A stretch of 58,912 bases of DNA, the filler included, from Sphacelaria rigidula (taxonomy: Eukaryota): assembly GCA_964200075.2 (NCBI GenBank). It is 10 parts of 10 records of this genome, joined end to end, with 100 filler letters (N's around TTAATTAATTAA, not from the genome) between each part and the next. Parts side by side here need not be neighbours in the genome. Positions count along the whole stretch, not along the records: positions 1 to 5,802 come from CAXNAA020024358.1; positions 5,903 to 11,704 come from CAXNAA020024359.1; 8 more parts are not named here. One strand, 5' to 3'. The position numbers were made by a program, and so were the translations under genes. Each line of letters opens with the position of its first letter. Positions within the stretch are counted from its first letter, which is position 1. Shown here piece by piece: positions 1 through 9,933 of the stretch. A model generated the notes under the pieces. That model was not told where the DNA came from. It saw only the letters and a program-made list of their open reading frames with translations, and did not search any database.

Positions 1-69
1 CATTGATTTCTTTTTCGAATCCCTTGTCGAACTCCGTGCTTGTTTCTGGTGTTCCTAGTTTACGGTAGT

Positions 70-949
70 CGACGTGGCCGGGGGGGGGCTGGTCTGTTGA
101 GAAGGTCGAGCTAGAAGTTTTCTCGCCGCCTCGGTGGCATACGCGTGGAAGTAGAGACTGGAGCGGAAAACGGAGAGGGCTTGATGGTGGGTGAGGTTTC
201 GACGTTGAAGTTTGTTGTGGCCTAGGTTGTATACGAATGGAAGGGAGGGCGGAGAAACGGGAAGGCATGCTTGTAATGGAAGTCAAGTTCGGGTTTGTTC
301 TTAGCCTGATACTCGATGTATTACGTATGGTATGCCCCTCGCCAGGCGCACTTCGCTCAGAACCGGGCAGGTGAGAAAGTTGGGATATGTTGTTGACCTG
401 GGTAGTGTACGCGTGAGAGGACAGATGGGAAAGAGGGTGAGAGCTGGCTGATGAAGAAGTTAACGTTGCGATTAGTCGTCGTCCTCGGTGGAGCGCTACC
501 CGTGGAATGTCTTGCGGCAGGCGAATATGACGTGCGCGGCTCTGGAAAGGGAAAACGGGCATGTTTGTTGAGAAAACCGAGCTTGGGATTTGTTGTCGCC
601 CTGGGTGGTATACCTCGTATATCAAATACTCTGTTGGTGTTGGCAGGCGAGGTTTTTTATCGCAGGAAGTAAAAGGGTCGTGGTGGCGGAGGGCTGGCCG
701 TTCGAGTCGGGGCCGGGGAGAGGGAAGGGATTGGCTTACTGTGGAAATTGAGCCTGAGATTTTTCGTCGTCTCGATGGTATACGCGTGGAAGTGGAGACG
801 AGGGGGGGGGGGGGGGGAGGGCACTTGAGGGGGGGGAGCGAGTCGACGTTGAAGTTGGTTGTGGCCTGGGGGGTANNNNNNNNNNGGGGGGGGGGGGGGG
901 TAGTGTTTGGATTGGTGGGTCAGTTTGGGTGTGGGTTTTTGGGTGGTGT

Positions 950-995
<46 letters not shown>

Positions 996-2860
996 GAGCA
1001 CTTGATGGTGGGTAGCGAGTCGACGTTGAAGTTGGTTGTGGCCTGGGTGGTATACGCATGGAAGCAAGGGCGAAAAGACGGGAGGACATGCTTGTAACGG
1101 AAGTCAAGGGCCGTGGTGGGGGGGGGGCGTGTTGTGGGGAAGGGCTGGCCATTGGAGTCGGGGCACGGTGGGGGAAAGGGTTGATCTGTTGAGGACGTCG
1201 AGCCAGAGAGTTTTCGACGCCTCGGTGGCATACCCGTGGAACTTGAGACGGGGGTGGGTAAGGGCGAGAACTTGGTTGTGGATAGGGAGTTGGCGTTAAA
1301 GTTTGTTGTGCCCTGGGTGATCTACGCATGGAAGGGAGGGCGGAGAAAGAGGAGAATATACTCGAAACTCAAGTCAAGCTTCGACTTTGATTTTGACCTG
1401 CGTGGGGTACTCCGTACATCACGTATGGTATGCCCCTTGATAGGCGGAACTCGCTCAGAACGGAGCAGTGCAGGGAGTTGCGATTTGTTGTGATCCTGGG
1501 TAGAGTACGAAAGAGACCGAAGGTGGAAAAGGGAGAGGGCTGGCTCATGAAGAAGTCAACGTTGCGACTGTACGTCGCCCTCGGTGGGATGCTGCCTGTG
1601 GTATGTCTTGCGGCAGGTGGATATGACGAACGCGGCTGTGGAAGGGAAGGAAATAAAGAAAGGTTGTTGAGGAAGTCGAGCTCGGGATTTGTTGTCGCCT
1701 CGGGCGGTGCACCCTATATATCAGATACTGTATGTTTGGCAGGCGAGGTTTACATCTGAGGGGGCCAAAGGGACGTGGTCGGGGAGGGCTGGCCTGTTGA
1801 GGAAGTCGAGGCAGAGATTTTTCGTCGCCTCGGTAGTACACGTAAGTAGGGACTACGGCGGGGAAGGGAGAGGACTTCATGGTGGGCAGAAATTCGACGT
1901 TGAATTTTTTGTGGCCTGGGTGGTATACACATGAAAGGAAGGGTGGAGAGTCAGGAGGGCGTACTTGTAACGGAAGTCAAGCTTCGGAGTTGTTGTAGGC
2001 CTGCGTGGGTTACTTCGTGTATGCAGCATGGTGTGCCCCTCAGCAGGCGCAGTGCGCTTAAAAAAGGGCGTTAAGGGGGAGGCTTGCTTGTTGACGAAGT
2101 GAAGGTTGAGATTTGTTGTTGTCCTGGGTAGTGTACGCGTGAGAGGGTAGGTTGGAAGGGGAGAGGGCTGGCTGATGAAGCAGTCGGTGTTGCGATTGGT
2201 TGTCGCCCTCAGTGGGATACTGCGTACATCGCTCATGTAATGGTTCGTGTCGGGCGTACGTTGCGTAGGCGGGCGGTGGGAGGGAAGAGGGTTGTTTGTT
2301 AAAACAAGTTGAATTCTTCTTTTTTTTGGCCCCGCGTGGCATGCGCATAAGAGGGCAGATAGAGAAAGGGGAAGGCTCGCTCTTGGAGGGTGCAAATCTT
2401 TTTTGCTGTGCCACCCTGAGTGAGGTACTGTGTATATTGCCTACGGTATGCCTCTTTTCAGGCTGAAGGGCGGGGAGGCGTGCTCATTTGTTGCTTGCCT
2501 TAATCGTTTGACCATTGACCACGCACCCCTTTCGAGACAGATGCTAAGGTGGGGCAGGTGGGGAACAGGGAAGGGAGAAGTCCGCTTTTACAGGAAGTGC
2601 CATTGGGATTTCTTTTCACCTCGTATGGTGTGCGCTTGAGAACTCAGACGGGGAGGGAGGAGACTTGCTTAGGGAGAAAATAGGCCTTGGGATTTGTTGT
2701 CGCCTGGGTGGTATAACCCGTGTATCACCTATGGTATATCTCGTGGCCGGCAGAATTGGCGAGTAGGGGCGAAGAGCGGGGGGAAAGGCCTTGCTTGTTG
2801 AGGGAATCCAGCTTGAGATGCATTTTCGCCCTGAGTGGTATGCTCCGTGTCACTCTCTAT
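70..2860. repeat. G-rich higher-order tandem repeat (about 630-bp unit built from about six diverged ~100-bp monomers)
   Basis: A core like TTGTTGAGGAAGTCGAG..GATTTGTTGTCGCCCTGGGTGGTATAC recurs about every 100 bp. The distinctive monomer GCTGGCTGATGAAGAAGT..CGTTGCGA sits at ~443, ~1539 and ~2167, with the same monomer order around each. Confidence 0.75.
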
Positions 2861-2949
2861 GGTATGTCTCTTGAAACTAGTTTGCATGGAAGAGGGGGGG
2901 TACGGTTATTGTGGTCTGTTCTCTGGTGTGTGAGATCGTTTTTTGTTCG

Positions 2950-4585
2950 TCGTATCGCAGCACAGATGTAATCCTGCCTGGAAGTTGTTTGCTTTTATCT
3001 CGATCTTCCGTTGTGCACCTAACCCTTGCCTACCCGCGCCCCTGGGAGTTGACTGCGTTCGTTGGGCGCCTTTCTGCTGTGCCCGATCCTTTCCGTAGAC
3101 TGGATGAACGGTGAACGACAGAGTGATGGTAATTTCCGAGCGACTGTGGGCTGTCGTTCGCAGAGCCTTCGTGGCTTCTGAAGCTTGAAGATCGTCCCTC
3201 AGACCTTCCAGCCAGTTTTTCTCCGGGTACCCTGGTCCTGGATCTCCCCTCACCCCCCACGAGTCTTCCGAATACCAGTTGCTTCGGTAGTCGTCCGTCC
3301 GGTTGTCTAGCCAGGGCTCCCGTGAACAGCAGTCGCCGTTGCCGGAAGATGACTTCAGCACTTTGCCATCCGGTGTTCTTGAGGGTCTGGGCATATGATA
3401 ACTGTCGGTACGTGCCATGTACGTGGCCATACCCGATAACTCACAGGAGGAGCCGGTGGTGTACCGTCCTAAGCAACAGGTAGTGCTCGCGGCGCGGGGA
3501 CCACGTCATGCATCCGTACATGAGGAACTGCATCGCCTCCGCCTTTAGCAGTCGGACCTGGAGTCTCCACGTTGCTTTCGGTTGATCAAAGTGCTCCCGG
3601 GAGAACTCTCTGATGTACTCCCACGCTACTCTGCTCCGGTTGTTGATCTTCGTTGACGAGCCCACCCAAGTATCGGAACTTCGCGGTCTGTGCGTACTTC
3701 TGGCCCGTTGCTGCTGCGATGACCAATGGCGGGGGAGGTGATGTTGGTGGCTCCCCCTTCGATGGCATTTTTCCGGTACTCACATCACTCGAGCTTCTGT
3801 CTTCTTCTCCGACACATCGTCAGTCCAAAGGCCCCAAATACGTGCACTATATCGGCTATCATCTTCACCTCGAGACGACGGCCGCGTCATCGGCCTGTAG
3901 CATTCTCCACACCGTTCTGCGTACTGCGTTCCAGAGATGTCTCCGTCGCCCTTCCCGTCTTCCAGTCGAGGTATACCATGCCCTTGAGGTTGATGCTCTC
4001 GCTGAATCATCCGAGAACTATCTCGAGCGCCGCAGCGAAACAAATATTAAACAACAGTGGAGACAGCAATCATCCTTGTCGCAGTCCCCAAGTTACCTTG
4101 AACTACTCGAAGAGCTTGTTTGTAGCTTCGTGACCCCCGTGAGAGGATGGGGCGCAGACTCGACTGCGATAGTCGATCAGTGGGCACAGCTGACTGCCGA
4201 TCAGGATGATGTGAAATGTATCCAAAGCTTCGTTGGATGAGAAGGAAAGAAGAAAGGGAGAGTGATCGGAGGGGGCTACGATCTCAAGCAAGGCAAACAC
4301 ACGCACTCACGTATGTCCAGTCACTACCATCACAGTATAAAGTCATCCCGCGTAGTACCTGGAACTCATACAGGTATGTCACTAGACTACTGTACCTCAT
4401 CCCGACAAGGTGTATCTTACTGACCACCCTGGCCATCTCACGGATAGGGGTCCCCGTTGCCCATGCGCACGCGGGCCTGCATGCCGTCGTGAAATTGGCG
4501 GGTATCTGTTATCGTCTCACCCGGAATACCAGCTCGGGCAAGCACCTTCTACAGAAGCTAGGGCTCGAAACAAACTCCGGTATCA
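2950..4585 (-). mobile_element. Decayed non-LTR retrotransposon (LINE, probably RTE-like) reverse transcriptase remnant
   Basis: Minus-strand translations in RT order: VLARAGIPGETITDTRQFHDGMQARVRMGNGD (~4545-4450), GLRQG*LLSPLLFNICF (~4090-4040), VWRMLQADDAAVVS (YADD motif mutated, ~3915-3870), FRYLGG (~3680-3660), LLKAEAMQFLMYGCMTW, HHRLLL, PEKNWLEGLRDDL. Stops and frameshifts throughout. Confidence 0.85.
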
Positions 4586-5802
4586 TGCTGTTCAAAGAAG
4601 AGGGAATCCGACGAAAACGGCTTCCCTCGCGTGAAGAGAGCCGTTTCGAATGGAAAATACATATGGTTTAAAGACCCGGAGCGACAATGCACGACAACGT
4701 AAGCTAGAAAAAGCTTTGACAGACAAGTATAATCCTCAGTTTGCTGTTCGGCAAACCTCTTTCGGATAAAATGTGAATTTTTGGCATGGAGGTTCAGCCC
4801 GATTTAAACGCTCAACCCCGTTTTGCGGAATCCTCTGTTAATGGGTAGTTCAATATAAGAGTTGCGTGCACAGGGGCCAGCAAAAGTGACGTTTTAGACA
4901 GGTTGCCCAATCACAATGAACTCAAGTGGGGCCACACATTGATCATGCACTTTTCAGTCCACATGTTTTCTGAGGCTGCATACCAAGGCCCAGATATTTG
5001 TCATCGATGAGCTCCCAAAGTACAGAGCCGCAGAAAAACGTGCGCACCCCTACCGCAGAACCACTGATATGAAACAATATACGGGACTTTCACGCTCTCG
5101 GCAATCCACATTTTTTTTTTTTTCCGTTCGAGGTTCGAAAACGAGGGCCTGAAAATCTGACGAGAGGGGCAAATCGATAACTGTTCAGGCCATCAGTGAG
5201 AAGTTGTTCTTGTTCTTGTTCCGAATTCGTTCCGAAAACAAGGTTGGATCCTTTTTCGAATTTCCAGTCGAAATGGACCTAATTCTTAAATAATGAAAAG
5301 AAAAAGAGGTGAGGACCCCTTGGACAATAATAATGACCTTCAAATGATCGATTCGAAGCCCTTCTCGAAGTTTCGAGCCCTCATGCTCGAAACCTACAGC
5401 CAAAATCCAGGGTTGCGCTTTTTGGTCTTAATGGTGAGACCGCCAGCCTGTGGCATCAATCATCCACACCCTGGACAGTAGACATGGTAATGATCTATTG
5501 CTGCATCAATAGCTATGGTGATGATCATATTGATATCTATTGTGGAGAACAATGACTGCAACATATATTTGGCCATATCCATTGCTGGGAACAATGTACT
5601 GGGTGATGTTTTCATCGATATATATATCTTTACTGGCAATGATGTGTGAAATATTACACCGATGGGCACTTGTCGGTAACGATAAATTTTGGTTCATGCC
5701 ACCGATACACATCGTGCATTGAAATGGACAATGAAAAGTTCATGTCAATACGCATGGTCCTTCGCCATAGATCTCGCAAATTTCCATCAATATAAATGGT
5801 CT

Positions 5803-5902
5803 NNNNNNNNNNNNNNNNNNNNNNNNNNNNNNNNNNNNNNNNNNNNTTAATTAATTAANNNNNNNNNNNNNNNNNNNNNNNNNNNNNNNNNNNNNNNNNN
5901 NN
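5803..5902. other. Artificial scaffold spacer N44-TTAATTAATTAA-N44 (first of nine; others at 11705-11804, 17607-17706, 23508-23607, 29409-29508, 35310-35409, 41211-41310, 47112-47211, 53013-53112)
   Basis: The same 100-bp linker, with stops in all six frames, separates segments of 5802, 5802, 5802, 5801 x6 and 5800 bp, i.e. length-sorted concatenated scaffolds. Confidence 0.98.
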
Positions 5903-6838
5903 GGTATCGTAAGTTGGAGAGAAAAGAAAGAAAGACAAAACAGACAAACAACAGACGCCAGATCGGGCAGAAGTGTACACCGAAAGAAAGGAAGAGAGAA
6001 GATAACAAAAGGACAAGAACCAGGAAAAGACAGGTGACACAAGGCTATACATATATGTTTTTCCAGACTAGCACACGATGCGTTCCTTCACGAGTCGTGT
6101 TCTTCAAAGGCCGAGCGCTAGAAGGAGCCAAACACTCATTTCTCGAATCTTCAGAGCCACGCAGCGAATGGCATCGGGAAATGACCACATCAAAAAGTGG
6201 AATCGACGTCTTCAAGAAAGGGGAAGCAGGGAACCAGTGCCCGAGGTTCGCGGCAGAAGTTGGAAAATTAAAAAAAAGTATGATTGTCTCAACGCTTCAG
6301 GAACCGACGTCGTTCTACCCCTGCGTGCACAGTCGGTTACGCAGTGGCCTCAGCAGACTAAAGGTACGCCGTTTCACGCGCGAATGACCATGGACAGATA
6401 CATTGAAGTTCTCGCAACCAACTCTATCCGTCCACACACCTGCCTGTGTTTTGAGAGCTTGGAGACTTCTCCCGTCCTATTATAGTACTCATGACACGCT
6501 CATCTACTTCCCCCAATATTTACACGATATCTGCGCCATAAAATACTATGTTGGGAACCACCTTCAAAATGGGCTTCACTTCCGTGACAAAGTTTCGGCG
6601 GGATCCAAGGTTTCCTGGAGGACTCGAGGGTCTTCTTTCGTCACCGACCCATCTCCTTTTCCCGTGCGTTGCATTTTTGCGCTATACTTTATTTGGCACG
6701 CCTTGCGATGTTGGGCAAGACGTCGAGAGCATCTGCAATCATTCTTCCGCAGGATTTTTTGTGGATCGTCCCTGGCTTTTCCGTCAGCTGAGGTAACAGT
6801 AAAAGCTGTTCACGATTCGTCCGGTATTGAGACCCTTA

Positions 6839-7170
6839 GCGCCCCGGTGATCCAATGGCATAGTTGCCACCGATACGTCGGAAATTGAGGTTCACTTCCC
6901 GCCGGATGCTTCAGTATGGAATGTCTCTGCGAAGCATCTGATAGCCGTCCCTGAATGTGTGAGGGCGTGAGTGGTGAACATATTTTGCTTGACTGAGTTT
7001 GTTCGACGAAAGATACCGCGGTGCAGCAGTGCTGATAGTCACGATCCAATCCGCGATACCAAAATGAAAGGCATATACGGTACCGAGGAGAGATGGGTTG
7101 ATGTTCCCTTGAGACCACAGAGGAAGGAGAGAGGTTGAAAGTGTGATAACAAGAAATATATATATATATA
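6839..7170 (+). mobile_element. tRNA-derived SINE family A, diverged copy
   Basis: Head GCCCCGGTGATCCAATGG...GGTTCACTTCCC (degenerate Pol III boxes A and B). Body CCAAAATGAAAGGCA..TACCG..GAGAGATGGGTTGAT..CCCTTG.GACCAC matches the copy at 34816-35117. Ends in (TA)n. Confidence 0.7.
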
Positions 7171-8238
7171 GCGCCAAATGATAGCACCGAAAATCACGAG
7201 TGATAAATCGATCGCTAACGAAACCAACCCACAAATTTGAACCTCGGTTTTTTCACTGAAGAAGTACACTTTTAATTTTTTTCATGTATTTTTCGGATCG
7301 CTCGCTGTGCGACTTGCGCACTTGCTCAAACCCCCTTTCCTTTCGTTTTTAAACTCATTTCTACTTCTCTCTTTGATCATTTCCCGCTATTGTATGCGGA
7401 ATGAGCTTCAATGGTCGGGGCAAGGAAGGTTATCAAATGCAGCCTGGAAGCCATAGTCCCCCTTCTCTCCCCCTCGGCGGAGGCCGTCGACAGTGACAAA
7501 AATCCTGGCGAAGGCTACATTTTCCCTGCTACATTTTCCCTGCCTCTCCAACACCACGAACTATCACACATCGGACAGCTCATGAGCGACCTAAAACAAT
7601 TCATCGAAGAGCACTCTCAGATCCGTCGCCCAAAAACACAAAATACGTGTCAGCAGGGTTTGAGAAACCAAAGCGCTACCTTTGCGCTACTCCCCGTGCT
7701 CGACGTCCAGCGTTGTAGGGAGGAAACGTGGAAACCAGGGGCCGAGTGAGCTAGCTCATTATCCGGATCATTACACTACTAAGGAGTAATGTCGAGGTAG
7801 CTCATGAGCTGTCCGACGTGTGCAAACCATTGAACAACATCTGCGCCACCTAAGGATCGCCTGTCCGTCAGCAGCTAAAAAAACGAGGACTCGTCTCTTC
7901 TGTCGGTTGTTGCAGGGGCGAAGATATGGGCTCTGATAGCACTCTGGTGGAAGATTGAAATCATCAGAAAAGCACCAAATATCCACCTTTCACCCACGAC
8001 GTTTTGAAATAAATTACCCCTGTGCTTACCATATCACTCGAGCTTAATAACAAAATGTGTCTTGCGTTCAATGTTGGATCTCATCCACTGGATTTCAGTG
8101 TGCTCACGGTATTGCGAGACGAAGCTCGGACTACACGGGCCGGAAGTACCTACGCATAGAAGCACTTCGAAGTACAGAGTTGATATGGACAGGCTTCACA
8201 ATTATATGCGCTTTTGCGCTGACACGTGACCAAGAAGT

Positions 8239-8297
8239 GACTAATTAGTATAGTGGTCAGTACACCACATCGTGGCTGTGGAAACCCGAGTTCGATT
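8239..8297 (+). pseudogene. Truncated tRNA-His copy 1 (5' ~59 nt, broken in the T loop)
   Basis: Matches 8495 onward up to GAGTTCGATT, then runs into flank. Anticodon loop TCGTGGC. Lacks the 3' strands of the T stem and acceptor stem. Confidence 0.85.
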
Positions 8298-8366
8298 GTT
8301 GATTGAACGAATGTGGGCAGGCTTCACAAATAGATGTGCTTCAGACGCCGATCGCCCCCAGGAAGT

Positions 8367-8425
8367 GACTAATTAGTATAGTGGTCAGTATACCACATCG
8401 TGACTGTGGAAACCCGAGTTCGATT
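8367..8425 (+). pseudogene. Truncated tRNA-His copy 2 (5' ~59 nt, broken in the T loop)
   Basis: Starts 128 bp after copy 1 with the same breakpoint after TTCGATT. Anticodon loop TCGTGAC. Confidence 0.85.
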
Positions 8426-8494
8426 GTTGATTGAACGAATGTGGGCAGGCTTCACGAATAGATGTGTTTTTGACACCGATCGCCCCCAGGAAGT

Positions 8495-8566
8495 GACTAA
8501 TTAGTATAGTGGTCAGTACACCACATTGTGGCTGTGGAAACCCGAGTTCGATTCTCGGATTGGTCA
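8495..8566 (+). tRNA. trnH: tRNA-His (anticodon GTG)
   Basis: Cloverleaf: acceptor GACTAAT/ATTGGTC, D arm GTATAGTGGTCAGTAC, anticodon stem CCACA/TGTGG with loop TTGTGGC, T arm CCGAG-TTCGATT-CTCGG, discriminator A. No encoded G-1 or CCA, as expected in eukaryotes. A T5 tract follows at 8575-8579 (Pol III terminator). Confidence 0.95.
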
Positions 8567-9891
8567 TGCTTATGTTTTTCTACGCCACACGGCTGGCGAT
8601 GATACATTTTCGGTCAACTAGTGTAAAATGGGAGGTTTTGCATCCCGCGCCATAATGCATGTACCCTTTTCGGTTCCCGCCGTGGAAAGCTCAAAAGGAC
8701 GTGAGCTGGAAAAAATAACGTGAGTGGACGGACAGCGTGAGCGTGAATACAGCGCTCGATCATTAGAAGAATGCCACGCACGTTATCGGGGAAGAGAGGG
8801 GTTACTCTCTACTTTGGACCGATAAAAAAATGCCACGCAGGTTACCGGGGAAGAGATGAGTTACTCTCTTGAAACTGCAGATTCGTCCCAAGGACAGGGC
8901 GAGGGAGACGGGCAGGATACGGTGTTGTAGAAGCGTGACAAGGCCGCTGGGTTGTACTGGTGAAACATGCTTCACACTATCCTAGACGAAAAAAGAAAAT
9001 TAGGTTTGACTGGTGTTACAAATTGTCACGGTAACGGTGTGTACAGTCAAATGGTGGCCAACAAGACAAGCTCCTCCTTGTCTGCCGAAAAACACCTTCA
9101 CCACCCGCACCGTACCCCAGGACTTTTCGGAACATATTCCAACAAATTTCAGGGTGGCTGTGCAGATATTAGGTTTTGCAGTGTGCCAAGTCCTCAACCA
9201 CAGGGGTACAGTCAACTGCTGTCTGTCGCACAAAGGAGAAAATGCTCACCACAGCGCACAAAAGGCCACGGACGTATAGAGAAACAGATCACTCAGCAGG
9301 ATAAGGAATAACGCGGACCAGGCATCATAGAAGCGTGAGATTGAGATTCCACTACTCGTACACAATTGGTTTGCACTTACGGTATGTCGATATACGTTGA
9401 GCAGCACAGTAGTATTGTACTTGTAGAACGGGCACAGTTCTTTACGGCGTATACCACCCCTCTACACGGCCTGTTTTTCAGCCCCGACGTTCTCGAGACC
9501 TGCGGCCATCGCGCCACTGGAGCTTGCGATTTGAGGATGGTTCTTCCGGAGTATTCGTAGATACGGGGGTCCGCGGGACTCTGTCATCTCATTCTCTCCA
9601 GAAACTCGGCTAGGAGAAGATCTATTATCCCGTCGAAGGCCTGACAGGGTGTTGAAAATTTGCGCAAAAAAAAGACAAATTCAAAAATAACACACTCACG
9701 GTTGCAGTCGACAGCGAACACGATTGCTTCTTTTCCAGCCATCTTCACTCCACGTCGAATGGCTTCGTAGACCCCAATAAATCACCCCCGCTACTCCTTA
9801 CCCCAGCGCCCTCCGGCAAACTGCAGACGTCTTCAATCCAGGTAATGGACCAGGAGCGCTTGTGTCCGTCTCTGCGGAATAACTTGTCGGC

Positions 9892-9933
9892 GCAACTTTG
9901 CAACTTTGCAACTTTGCAACTTTGCAACTTTGC
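9892..9933. repeat. Octamer tandem repeat (GCAACTTT)x5
   Basis: Five perfect units, bracketed by an 11-bp imperfect inverted repeat (9874-9884 and 9943-9953). Confidence 0.9.

Noticed and set aside
800..995. Poly-G tracts and poly-Pro/Gly ORFs (also 15905-16095, 29575-29610, 41311-41400)
   Set aside because: They sit beside N gaps or scaffold ends and duplicate nearby sequence, so they are probably poly-G sequencing or gap-filling artefacts rather than extensin/formin genes.
5847..5858. TTAATTAATTAA recurring every ~5.9 kb as a biological periodic motif or piggyBac-type site
   Set aside because: It is always centred in N44/N44, so it is a synthetic six-frame-stop linker.
8239..8566. CRISPR-like array (regular repeats with spacers)
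   Set aside because: The repeats are tRNA-His fragments, the spacers are near-identical to each other, and there are no cas genes.
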